A stretch of DNA of 64,000 nucleotides from Haliotis rubra. Lineage: Eukaryota. Made by a program: the position numbers and the translations under genes. Position 1 is the stretch's first letter. Every line of letters begins with the position of its first letter. The notes below the pieces were generated by a model. The model worked only from the letters and a program-made list of their open reading frames with translations. It was not told where the DNA came from and did not search any database. The DNA lies in contig NW_025766780.1 of assembly GCF_003918875.1 (NCBI RefSeq), positions 930,001-994,000 of the forward strand, read 5' to 3'. This document shows positions 52,958-63,460 of the stretch, in pieces.

Positions 52958-53583
52958 TGGTAATGTAGCCCGTCTAGTGTAAATCTTAGATATTTCCTGG
53001 ATTCGGGATGTATCGGGATATGTAGATATGCGTTTTGCAGATCTATACTGGCCATGTAGTCCATGGGGCGAATCAACTGCCGTAACTGAGGAAGGTGTAT
53101 CATGCGAAACTTTGGTGGTTTGCGTAGATAATTCCTGTTGAAAAAACTCATGTTGTAAATGAGTCTGTATTTCTCCTTGGAGTTTTTCTTGGGTACTAGG
53201 AAAACTGGGGAGTAGAAGCCTGGTTCGATGTTTACTTGATCTAGTACTTCTATGGCCTGCTTGGTTATGAGTGATGTAACCGCCTCTCTTAACTTTGGTA
53301 GTTGTTGTGCCTGTAAGTCGAACTTGTAAGGGTTGACTGTCAGCGGAGGCGTGGCCTGTAGTGGGATACGAAATCCGTGTTGAAGAATGTTGGAGACATA
53401 AGGGTCTTGTAACATTCCCCAGTTCTCCCAGTGTAGTTGGAGGCGTCCACCCACTTGTGACGGTTGTACTGGAACGGCTGGGGGTGGAAGACTCCAGTCG
53501 TTCCGAACCTGTCTTTCAGCGTTTATAGTTGCGGGAACCTCTGGGTGTCCTGTCTCTTCCTGACCCTCCTCTATAGTTGCCAT
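51577..53583 (-). CDS. DIRS pol: reverse transcriptase, RNase H and DAM-like methyltransferase domain (668 aa, uninterrupted)
   Basis: GFYSPVFLVPK, IDLQNAYLHIPI, LPFGISSAP, YLDD; YVDASLQGWGA, HINMLE, TDNSTV, NVLADALSR; DLFATRFN, YAFPP. Confidence 0.95.
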   Translation of the reverse strand: MATIEEGQEETGHPEVPATINAERQVRNDWSLPPPAVPVQPSQVGGRLQLHWENWGMLQDPYVSNILQHGFRIPLQATPPLTVNPYKFDLQAQQLPKLREAVTSLITKQAIEVLDQVNIEPGFYSPVFLVPKKNSKEKYRLIYNMSFFNRNYLRKPPKFRMIHLPQLRQLIRPMDYMASIDLQNAYLHIPIHPESRKYLRFTLDGLHYQWKVLPFGISSAPWLFTRITKPIVTYLHRLGLRSAFYLDDGIQVDQDPQRLKLQLNYIIKLLTQLGWLVNLLKSDLVPSQDLQFLGIRFITNHNRIVVPEDRWLKIQQTIPPALLSPLTLRQWQSLLGLLTSAQDMTVSGRLQLRPIQVFINAHLDDLQPFSLPKRLRPHLLWWTRRSNVCAGICLEEQEFKTHLYVDASLQGWGAHLANRTASGLWNQQESKLHINMLEMKAVINAILHWSTILQNALLMIHTDNSTVAFYVNKQGSTRSLNLLTLSFQLFDLIHDLNLHVRACHIPGAKNVLADALSRPHQPSPTEWMLNTEIFAQIIKQIGAPLVDLFATRFNNQLPTFVSPVPDPQAWATDALSISWEGLNAYAFPPPAIIPQVLQKIRQTQSLQLTLVAPYWPARTWFPILIQEIGQPTLELPKRSNLLIHPHTKQVHGSPEVFQLHVWTVLKCV

Positions 53584-55760
53584 GTGGGCGACGAAAAGAA
53601 TCTTTTCCCCTGGAGCTGGCTATCTTCCTATCCCGTGCTTTCTGTAGTCCCGAGAACTTAGATCTCCCTGAGTATCTTTGTGAAGTCTGCCTGATGACGC
53701 TGGCTAGCGTGTCCATCGACTTGATCATAAGGGCTTCTCTGGAGTCCTTAGTGACTTCCTTGGAGACTTTGTCTATTTCTCCGTCAAAGATGTTTGGGGA
53801 TGACCACGGGGCTGTATAGAGTGGAGCTGTAAAGTTCTCACCCCAGCTGCAGGAAGCGAGGAGGCCTTGACGACGAGCTAAGGTCAGTGCTGCTGAGACA
53901 GACGTGAGATGATCTGTAAGGAACTGCTGGTCCTTCTTTTGCATCAGTAGGGCCGAGTAGATCATCCTATCATCTTCAGAGGTCGTATTACGAAATCTGG
54001 TGATAAGTGTCTCATTGATCGTTCTGGATCTATTTAGGCCAAAAAACATGCGTCTCGTCATGTTTTCTATCTGCACCAGCTTGCGATCGTCAATCTTGTA
54101 GTTCTTGTTCTTAACATCACTGATCAGCTTGTAGTTGTCATCGATGTCTTGTGCCTTCAGGAAGGGGTCCATGTTGTGCGTGGAGAACTTCTTAGCGTGA
54201 AAGTTCGGCAGATGTGGTGTCTGCACTTTCGTAGCTTTAATGAAGGCTGTATCTAGATTATGTGGCACCGCAGCAATCGGGTCGATCGGAGGTAAGGTGA
54301 TGGCGTCTGCATCGTCTTCCTTCATCAGGTATGTCTGCGCTGAGTTGCCACTCTTGGGCCGGTGAAGATAAATCTAGGTTGTTTACCATCCAATATCTTA
54401 TCTCAGCATCTGAGAAGATGATGCCTCCATCATCTTCTGTACCAGCATCGGAGATGAGAGGTTGATGCTCTTCTGATGGTGACCTGTGGGCTGCTATCTC
54501 TATGTCGGGTGACACTCGGTGAGACCTGACTGTAGACCTGTGTGCCGACTTGTGTGGTGACCTGCGAGGTGATGTACGTGGAGATCGGCGTGGTGAGCGG
54601 CGTGGAGATCGTCTAGGTGATCTGCGTCTATGGGAAGACCTAGATCTGCGAGGAGAATGTTGGACGGCCTTTGAAGCTCTTGAATAGTCCCTCGGCGTCC
54701 TTCTGGGCGATGGCGATCTGTGTGGCGGCCCTCGTGCAGCTTCCTCTGCGTCGGACCTGGGAGCGGCGCCTTGACTTCGTGGCGGTTTCCGTGCCGTCTG
54801 GTGGTCTGAGTCTGCATCTGAGGATGAGGCCGAGGGCGGTGGCGATCTCTCCGTCTTCGCGAAGGCCAGCCAGCGAAGACTGTATCATCGTCCTTCGTCG
54901 AGGTGGTCTGTGACTTCCTTCTCGAAGGCTGCTTCGTCGTGGCTGCTACGCTGACTGGGGGTGCCTCTGGGGTATCGTCTGCGTTGCTCGGGCCCTGGGC
55001 TGGCTGCTTTCCTCGACTGTAGTGGCCCTCCATCATGGTCATGATCTGCCGCAACAGCTCGTCTGGGATGGTCTGCGACAAAGTAGTCGGTGCCCTCTTT
55101 GCGATGACAGCTACTGAGCCCTCAGGGAAGTCGTCTGACATCAGTGTAGAGGCATCAGGCTGCATGGCGATCTCTGCTGAAGTCACTGTAGCTGTCACCG
55201 GTCGCTTCTTGTGGCGTACGTCAGGGATGATGATCGGCTGATCATCGTAGAGGCCCAGTTCGGCGGCTGGAACGATCTCGGCTGAGAAAGTTCTTGACGC
55301 TTTCGAAGACTTCCCCTTGGATGTCGGCGCTGCTGCCCTGGGGTCGAAGTCTGCGTTGGGAAGGCGTCGTGGCCCTCTTGGACTTTAGCTGCGATGGCGG
55401 GGCGTCTGGGGAGGCAGGGCGCTTCTTAGAGGTGGCGGACTGCATCCCCGCCCATCTTCCGGCCGGAGTCTCTTGCGAAACACCAGGCGGGAGGGGTCTA
55501 TCGACAGCAGCTGACTGGAAGGGAATCCGATGTATCGGCCATGTCTAACCCTTGTTTGCGTGACCTATCTGCGGTGCGTCTCCACGGCGCAAAGATATTT
55601 ATGAAAAGCAGAATTGGATAGATTAATGCAGTAACTGCAGCGTATATCAAGCGCACAAAGTAGCACAACTAGGGCATAATACATGCGGGTCAGCAACCGC
55701 ATAAAGCGTAAATTGCAAATAGTACAGATTTTCATCAGCGTAAATACTAGCTGAACAATC
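53516..55760 (-). pseudogene. DIRS ORF1 (gag-like), split by frameshifts
   Basis: Cys-rich N-terminus (CTIC...CSYC), Ser/Arg/Pro-rich middle and a helical C-terminus (LTLARRQGLL...LYTAPWSSPNIF), spread over several ORF pieces. Confidence 0.75.
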
Positions 55761-58700
55761 CGCGAACTCCGTGAATAAACAGTAGAAATACGATTAATTA
55801 TCAATGCAAATTAATGAAGGATACTAGCTATACCTCTATAGTAACCTATAAGAGGTAATAAACTAAGAAAAACCAAAGGATATAGTGTGTAAGGAGACAC
55901 AGGCGCTCTCACATCCTGCTCACTGGGCGAAGAAGGAGAGAGTGAAGCATGAGGCCAGAGGGTGGCGACACCTGTTCCCGCCAAAAGGGGCAAGGGAGGC
56001 AACTCTTGGTGAGTACCAATTAGTGATTTTACATTGAAGGGAGCTTCAATTAAGGAGATACAAGTGTTCCACTATGTTCGCAAGAAGAAGAAGACAAGCA
56101 AAAGAGCATGAGTCAGGATAAGGAAAAATATATAAATATCATATAAATACTCCCTGACATCTTAATTGGTAAAAGTAGGAGAAAAACTTGCTTTCCTTCT
56201 TAACTGTGAAGACTGTAAACTTGATCAAACTTTCACCTTTATATACCGTATATACATATCCACACAAAGTATGCATGATAATTGAACATCAAAAAAATAT
56301 TCAAGGCTCATTTCTATTGTTTTCAGGTGGTTAACACATGTGGACACACTAATTAAAGAAAGGCATGTTGATCATCCTGATGTTTCATGGGCTGTTTACC
56401 ATGCAAAGAAGCAACATTCAGATCAGATCATCAAGTCCATTTCTTCTCTCCTTCCACTTTTCACAAAAAATGCAGACTCTGCTGCAATGTTGAAACATGG
56501 CATGGATGTGATTACACAGGCAACATCTTACCTCAATCCCGGACAAACTCCAGTCATAGCTGCAGACCAACCATTGTATGCCACAATGAAGCAGATACAG
56601 TGGCAGTATCCAGCAACACATGGTGAGGTCAAGATGATAATAATGATGGGAGGATTGCATATAGAGATGGCGTTTCTGAAAGTGTTGGGAAACTGGCTCA
56701 TGGACAGTGGATGGACAGATATGATAGTTGCAGCCCAGATTGCATCTTCTGGCAAAGCTGATTCGTTCCTTCGAGGATCACATGTCAGAAGGACTAGACG
56801 AGCACATGAAGTCACTGCTTGTGCACTTTATCATCTTCTTCTTGAGGCTCATGGAAAATCTTCAGCAACATTTGAAGACTGGATCAACACCAGATCGAAG
56901 ATATCCCCAACATTCCACTTCTGGTTGATGGTTCTTAACTTGGAACTATTGCTCTTGTCATTTGTTGGATGTTTAAGAAGCGGAAACTTCTGTGAGTATA
57001 TCAGACTTCTAGAAGCCATGACACCGTGGATGTTTGCCTTTGACCACACAAACTATGCAAGATGGATGCCAGTGTATATTCGAGACCTAAAGAATCTCAG
57101 TCATATTCAACCAAACACAACTGAAGAGTTCAAGAAAGGGAATTTTGTTGTTCACAAGACAGAGAGGGCTTATTCTGCAATCCCATTGGATCATGCTCAG
57201 GAACAGAATAATGCAAGCGTAAAAGGTGATGGAGGTGCCATCGGTCTTACAGAGAATGCATCTGCCTTGAGAAGATGGACAGTTGGCGGTCCAGAAGTGA
57301 ACAGAATTCTTGATGAATTTGATGCCTCTTTGAATGTTCAAAGTATTTCTTCTGTTTCACACCATGAACAGAGTAGAGGAATGCAAGAATCATTTTACAC
57401 AGATGTTAGTACTCTTACAGATGTAATCAGAGAGTTAGGAAGTGCCATTTCTTGAGCATGGACATGATCTTCTTGTAATATCAACAAGGGACATTGCTGG
57501 ATCAGCTGTTGTAGAAACTCTGAATAAAATTGAACGCCTTGGGAGAGATCAATATGAAGATTTTGTCAAGGAGCGGTTCATCAAAGGTATTGCACTTTCA
57601 GAACCTATCAAGAAGAACAAACTGTCACTTTTGTCATCACCTCAAATAAAATCACAGTCATCCTCAAAGATGCAAGTTGTCAGCCTAAAGAATGACTGTA
57701 GTCTGTTCTCTCGCCTTTACATATCCTGTCAAACTAGAGAAGGCAATTTAGATGAGTTTTTCAAGCATGAGAATCAAACTTGTCCACCATCACTCTCACA
57801 TCTTGGTATGCTTCGATCATCTGTTAAATCACAGCTTCTTCAGTGCCTGGAAGATGTTTTCTGTCCCACAGTGAACAGACCAGATGTTGAGGTAACAATA
57901 CTAGATGGAGCAGCAGTTGTGAATATGATGAAACCTGGAGAACATAAGACATTTTCATCTTTCAGTGAGGGAGTGTTTGCTAAGTATCTGGAAAACCAGC
58001 TGGAAAACACAACAAGACTTGATATTGTCTTGGATGTGTACAAGACAGATAGTCTAAAGGCGAGTGCAAGAAGTAGGAGAGGCCATGGACAGAGAAGGCG
58101 AGTTGAACCACATTCCTTCATTCCTCACAACTGGAAAGAGTTTCTTAGAAGTGACAACAACAAAACAGAATTGTTCCAGTTTCTTGGAAAAGAAGCCATG
58201 AAAACCAATACTGACAAACTGATCATCAGTACTGTGAATGAAACAGCTCTCTCAAATAAGCCATATGATGTTTCAGATCTCTCACCATGCAGCCATGAAG
58301 AAGCAGATGCCAGGATGATACTGCACTTGTCAGAAGCCAACAAGAGAGGATTCCTGCGATTTATGATAAGAACAGTGGACACAGATGTTGTGGTGTTAGC
58401 CATTTCATCAGCAGCAGTTCTTGATATCTCAGAAGTATGGCTTGCCTTTGGTACAGGAAAACAGTTCCACTACATACCTGCGCATGAAATAGCCGCTTCA
58501 TTAGGTCCAAGGAAATCACTGTGCCTCCCTCTCTTCCACAGTTTCACAGGATGTGATACTCTATCTTCCTTCAGTGGATGTGGTAAAAAGAAAGCTTGGC
58601 AAGTCTGGTTTCATCTCGAGGAGGCAACTGATGCATTTGAATGTCTGTCCAAGCATCCTGATAAAGTTACAGATTCTTTGATCAGCACACTTGAACGTTT

Positions 58701-59189
58701 CACAATATTGATGTATGAAAGAACAAGTGACCATGTGAATCTGAACGAAGCAAGAAAGTACATGTTCTCTTCGAAGGGTAGAGCAATAGAAAATATACCT
58801 CCAACATCTGCAGCTTTCAAAGAACATGTTAAGAGAGCAGTTTATCAGGGAGGACATATATGGGGACAGTCAACCATCCGTTGTCCTGATCTGCCTGATC
58901 CATCCAAATGGGGTTGGCAGCGCAATGCATCCAACATGTGGGAGCCCTTATGGTCAACAATACCAGACGTGTCAAAGACCTGTCAAGAACTGTTGAAGTG
59001 TCGCTGCACCAAAGGCTGTTGTGGCAGATGCAAGTGTCTCAAAGCTGCCCTCAAGTGCACTGCACTGTGTCTTTGTGGTGGAGACTGTGCCCAATAATGT
59101 GGTCATATGTTGCTCTGAGTAGGTAAGTGAAGAAATCCCCAGATGAATATTATTCATGGGAATCTGGATTAGGTTTACGCTGACTCCCA

Positions 59190-60110
59190 GTATCATGGAA
59201 AATGGTGGCCAATTAAGGTTTTCAATGTTCCGACATGTATCGAATGGTACAAGCAACATACATTTATCTGCCAAATTCCATGTATATTGTATGAAAATTG
59301 TGGAATTGACATTGAATCTAAGTCTCTGATGGTGTAATTTTGAGTGGAAAATGGTGGCCATCTTGAATATTCAATGTCTCCCTCTAAACCCTCTCCCTCT
59401 ATATTATCTTCATAGTACAAGCAACATAACTGGCAAATTCCATGCATATTGTGTGAAAATTGTGGAATATACATTAAATATAAGCCTCTGACGGTGTAAT
59501 TTTGAGTGGAAAATGACGGCTATCTTGAAAAATGGCAGCCATCTTGAATTTTCAATGCCTCCCTCTCAGTATATTATCTTCATGGTACAAGCAACACAAC
59601 TGCCAAATTTCATGCATATTGTATGAAAATTGTCGAATATACATTGAATATAAATCTCTAACGGTGTAATTTTGAGTGAAAAATGGCGGCCTTCTTGAAA
59701 AATGGCGGCCATCTTAAATTTTCAATGCCTCCCTCTCTGTATATTATCTTCATAGTACATGCAACATAACTGCCAAATTTCATGCATATTGTATGAAAAT
59801 TGTGTAATATACATTGAATATAAGTCTCTAACGGTGCAATTTTGAGTGGAAAATGACGTCATCTTGAAAAATGGTGGCCATCTTGAATTTTCAATGTCTC
59901 CCTATCAGTATATTATATTTATAGTACAAGCATCATATCTGCCCTAATTCATGCATCTTGTATGAAAAGTCTGGAATTTACATGGAATCTAAGTCACTGA
60001 CGGTGTAATTTTGAGTGAAAAATGGTGGCCATCTTGAATTTTCAATGCCTCCCTATCTGTATCTTATTTTTATAGTATAAGCAACATATCTGCCAATTTT
60101 CATGCTTGTA
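59190..60110. repeat. ~170-bp subterminal tandem repeat of AcademX (5-6 units)
   Basis: GGTGTAATTTTGAGTG(G)AAAATGG recurs at about 59331, 59493, 59663, 59833 and 60002. Confidence 0.9.
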
Positions 60111-60940
60111 ACATGAAAATGCATAATTATACCATTATCCGCTGGACTACTAAGGAAGCTGTCCGATTAGGGGAGCAGCATGCCATGGAGTCACGGACGA
60201 ATGGACAAGGAGGCCTAAGGAAGAAGTTTGTAATTTTGTATGAATCTTCAGGTGAGACGGATATAAATCTGAAATCATTTTTGCTGCTGTTTGCAACTGT
60301 ATACTTTTAAATAATTTATATTCTATTACAAAACAATATGCATTAAGATGTACACGTACAGAATCTGACTTGATTTTTTTTACAGTTATTAAATACACTA
60401 AGAATAATAAATGAAAAATACATTTTCAGTGAAGACCAAACATTCAAAGACAAGCGGGCTACCCTTTCTATCAATTTAAACATGGAATACATGCACCCAT
60501 CTTGCATGCCCTTCCTATCTATCCTTGTTTCTTCTTACTCATCTTGTACCACAAGCATTTTCCTCCCCTGTTTATCTGCTGCACTCTCTTCTTTTATTTA
60601 TATACAGGTTGCATATATGCACAAAGACAAGCCAATTTCATGTCTTGCAGCCCCTTGCCTCATGGGCACGTTTGGGCATGTGTGAGTGCATGGCTAAATC
60701 AATATAAAATACAACCTGTATTCCAAATAAATATATGAAAGGATCATGTTTGTCCAGTCAACACAGACAAGTGATAGTTTAGTGACTGAAAAATGGGCTC
60801 TGATCCTAAATGAATTGTATTCTTGCATTGGCACCTCTGTGGAAGAAGGGGGATGTTTCTGTCTGATGGTACAAGATCAAAGTCCAAAAGGAAATTGCAA
60901 TGTCTTGTTTCAGGATAAGAAAACAATATTGTGGTCTTAC

Positions 60941-61250
60941 CGTGCAGGTTTTCATGGCTTTGATGATTCAGAGTTGAAACACTATCAATACCAGCTTCTT
61001 TGCTTCTGCCTGGCACTTTCATGTGAGACTTGCTAAGATGTTGTCTTGGTATTTTTCTTGGAGAAACCTCTGACCGAACTTTAGGATGTGCTGTCCATGG
61101 TCGGAAGTGACCACTGGTGCTACCTGTCTGGATAAAGGCAGCTGCACGAGAATCATATTCATTGGAAATTTGGGCTGATTGTGGACGTTGAACTTTCTGA
61201 AGAAACATATTTGTTCTGTACTCTTGCTCCATTTGTTTCAAGAAAAATGC
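60941..61250 (-). CDS. Putative host-gene exon (310 bp, phase 0-1)
   Basis: TTTTTCAG acceptor, G|GTAAGA donor and open frame AFFLKQMEQEYRTNMFLQKVQRPQSAQ...RPWTAHP...HENLH. No TE motifs; product unidentified. Confidence 0.65.
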
Positions 61251-62507
61251 CTGAAAAAATATAAATGAATAAATGACTTAAGTCTACTATAATAGACTGA
61301 ACCCACAACCCACCATCACTTGATGATGAAGCTGCCCAAAAATACAGTTTACATTGCATGTTATGTTGTGACATAATTTCAATACTCTTCAGTCATCATG
61401 GTCATGGTCTAGAAGCCAGACCCTCAAAATGGTGGACATGTGGTGCAGTTCTGGCAACTGAATGGGATGTGGTTTTTCACAAACAAGAATGAGTGTATGT
61501 CACCCAAACAAACAGTACTCCGGTCTTCTCAAGTAGTATTAGTTTACACTGTAAACATGAAACAACTGGCACACTTAAACAACATAATGCCACCTATATA
61601 CCTTCCATTTGGATATCATATTATTATCCACCAGCTTTAAGGGTTTTACAGAATATCAGTACAGTGCAGGTGGAGCATGAAGTGACACAAATATTAACCA
61701 TCTTGACATTTATCAAAACATAGATCCGACATCAGCTGAATTGTTGTTTCTGCCACACTGTAAATACACGGAAAATGTTAGATAGTGCAACAGTATCTTT
61801 GACATATTTAGCATTGTTGATGTAAAGCATGGAGCTGTTACTGCTGAACAGACATTATGCAATCTATGTTGCTGATCTAAATAGAAAGTACCAACTTTCA
61901 TTTCCATTTTCATGCATACAGTGCCAACCAAATGTTAATATGATGTTTAATTGATATAGCTGAATCTAGAAAAACATAACTCATATTTTTCTCATTACAT
62001 TTTCTATAAAAATTGACCTTTGACCTTACCAAAATATATTTGTGACTAGCATATAAAATATTATTGTCCACAATTATAAAGCATGATCGGAACATTCTAA
62101 AACTACTGATTTTATTTAAATCACTCAATCCAAACTAAAGTTATTAAATTAAATCATCCAGTTATTGGTTAAAATATTGCCATAACTTTTAAATATGTTG
62201 CACCTTAAAAGGATCCCTGCACGGTAGTCATGCACAGTAGCTGATGACAACCAGTTTTATATCAAAGCTAATTCGTTCCTGATTGTGATAAATCACATCC
62301 TATTAGGTCACCAGAAATGTACATTTTCACCATTTTGGGGGTCTGGCTTTGAGGCAATTAGTTCATCTTTGTGATACAGTCACTGTTGCACCAAGGCCTA
62401 AAATGACATGTTTGCTTTTCATTTCCATATTGTGGTTCACTTGGTGAGAATTTGCTGTGGACAATATCTTTTCTTTTAATTTCAGTTCCACAATGTAACG
62501 GAATATA

Positions 62508-63060
62508 ATTTTTAAACTTATCCTATCTCACGACTTGAACCTCTCTCTCTCGCTTTGACTTTTAGTGGAACGACTAACTTTTTTCCATAGGCCTCCTTGT
62601 CCATTCGCCCGTGCACACCATGCTGCTCTCCTTAATTAGCTTCCTAGTTCCTAATGAAGCTTGCAGCATGCTTCACTAATTGCCCAGATCACTGGCTTAC
62701 CAACCTACTTCGGTACTTACCACGTTGAGATCTCGATACAGTTCCTCTGACCGACGTTCGGGTGATCATTGTTCTGATACCACTAATAGGCCTACAGTCA
62801 CTTACGATGTTCCGACTATACACTCTGAGAATCCTAGGATCATCGCAGAGTCATAGGAACCTGATCACAAATCCCACTCCTACAGCAACTCTGGATCTAA
62901 ATACGATGATCAGAGCCATAACCTCAACCTGGAACCAAATACAGCCTTCTACTCCAGCCCATCCGGCTTCGGTAGCACCTGGCTCTTCATCTGGTCCACC
63001 TCCTGAGATTGATCCAGTCCAAATAGTCATGCTTTGCAGCAGTTGAGACAGCTCAGGTAC
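62508..63060 (+). mobile_element. 5' end of a degenerate DIRS (family A)
   Basis: ATTTTTAAACTTATCCTATCTCACG terminus and an ITR homologous to 25295-25480, followed by gag-like low-complexity remnants. Confidence 0.7.
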
Positions 63061-63061
63061 T

Positions 63062-63460
63062 TGTAATGGATCCTGTTTCGTTTACAGATTCGAGTTTTAT
63101 ATGTATTGTGAATTTGAGATTGCCGGACCAAGTTTTTGTACTGATCGTCACATGGCTGAAGTAAAGTTGGCTCGTATTGAGCTAGAGTTGTGTCATTAAT
63201 ACGAAGATATTACATGGTGTCAGAAGTCATGGCAGGTCGAATTGACATTCCGCCCATGAATTTCGATGCCGCTAATGTAGCAGAAAGTTGGAAAAAGTGG
63301 AAACAGACGATAGAATTGCTGTTCAGTGGACCACTCGCGGCGAAGATGAGAAGGAAAAGTGTAGCTATTTTCTGTTGTACATTGGTCAGGAGGGCAGAGA
63401 TGTATTTAATACTTGGACATTGACAAATGAAGAAAAGGTCATACACATATAAAAATTGCA
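63062..63460 (+). mobile_element. Gypsy-type LTR retrotransposon 5' end (LTR, PBS, gag start)
   Basis: TGT...ACA LTR at 63062-63214; PBS TGGTGTCAGAAGT (63215-63227, tRNA-Leu type); gag MAGRIDIPPMNFDAANVAESWKKWKQ...CSYFLLYIGQEGRDVFNTW. Confidence 0.85.

Larger units (their letters stand above)
50984..56131 (-). mobile_element. Young DIRS retrotransposon (family C) with complete ITR/ICR but deleted recombinase, in the Academ intron
   Basis: 189-bp ITRs (51017-51205, 55934-56122) that look identical by eye. The ICR at 51280-51365 is complementary to both termini. Confidence 0.95.
49159..59097 (+). pseudogene. AcademX transposase-XPG nuclease-Cys8 protein (about 1500 aa), few lesions
   Basis: AIDNIDHNPSSTT..SFHGT, AADQPLYA, MGGLHIEM, DHTNYARW, EQNN; PIN motifs ILDG, HEEADARM, TVDTDVVVL, FTGCDT; C-terminal CRCTKGCCGRCKC...CTALCLC. 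A GT-AG intron 50908-56326 joins ENE|WLTH in frame. There is a stop plus frameshift near 49790 and a frameshift near 57445. Confidence 0.88.
48126..60149 (+). mobile_element. AcademX DNA transposon with both ends present
   Basis: TIR TAGTCCAGCGGATAATGG / CCATTATCCGCTGGACTA with a 3-bp TSD CTA (48123-48125, 60150-60152). It encodes transposase, XPG/PIN nuclease and a Cys-rich tail. Confidence 0.9.
48040..60215. repeat. DIRS family-A ITR remnant split by AcademX (48040-48125 and 60150-60215)
   Basis: The joined flanks align with the reverse complement of the ITRs at 25365-25500 and 62585-62670. Confidence 0.7.

Noticed and set aside
51137-56002. Duplicated small gene MPPLPLLAGTGVATLWPHASLSP on opposite strands
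   Set aside because: Both ORFs are translations of the DIRS inverted terminal repeats.
57442-59097. Host XPG/FEN1 or tesmin gene
   Set aside because: It is the C-terminal part of the Academ protein, within TIRs and a TSD.
60744-60940. C-terminal part of the 165-aa ORF
   Set aside because: It lies past a strong GTAAGA donor at 60940 and is probably intron read-through.
63215-63227. tRNA gene
   Set aside because: Only a 13-nt complement to a tRNA 3' end (the PBS); no cloverleaf is present.
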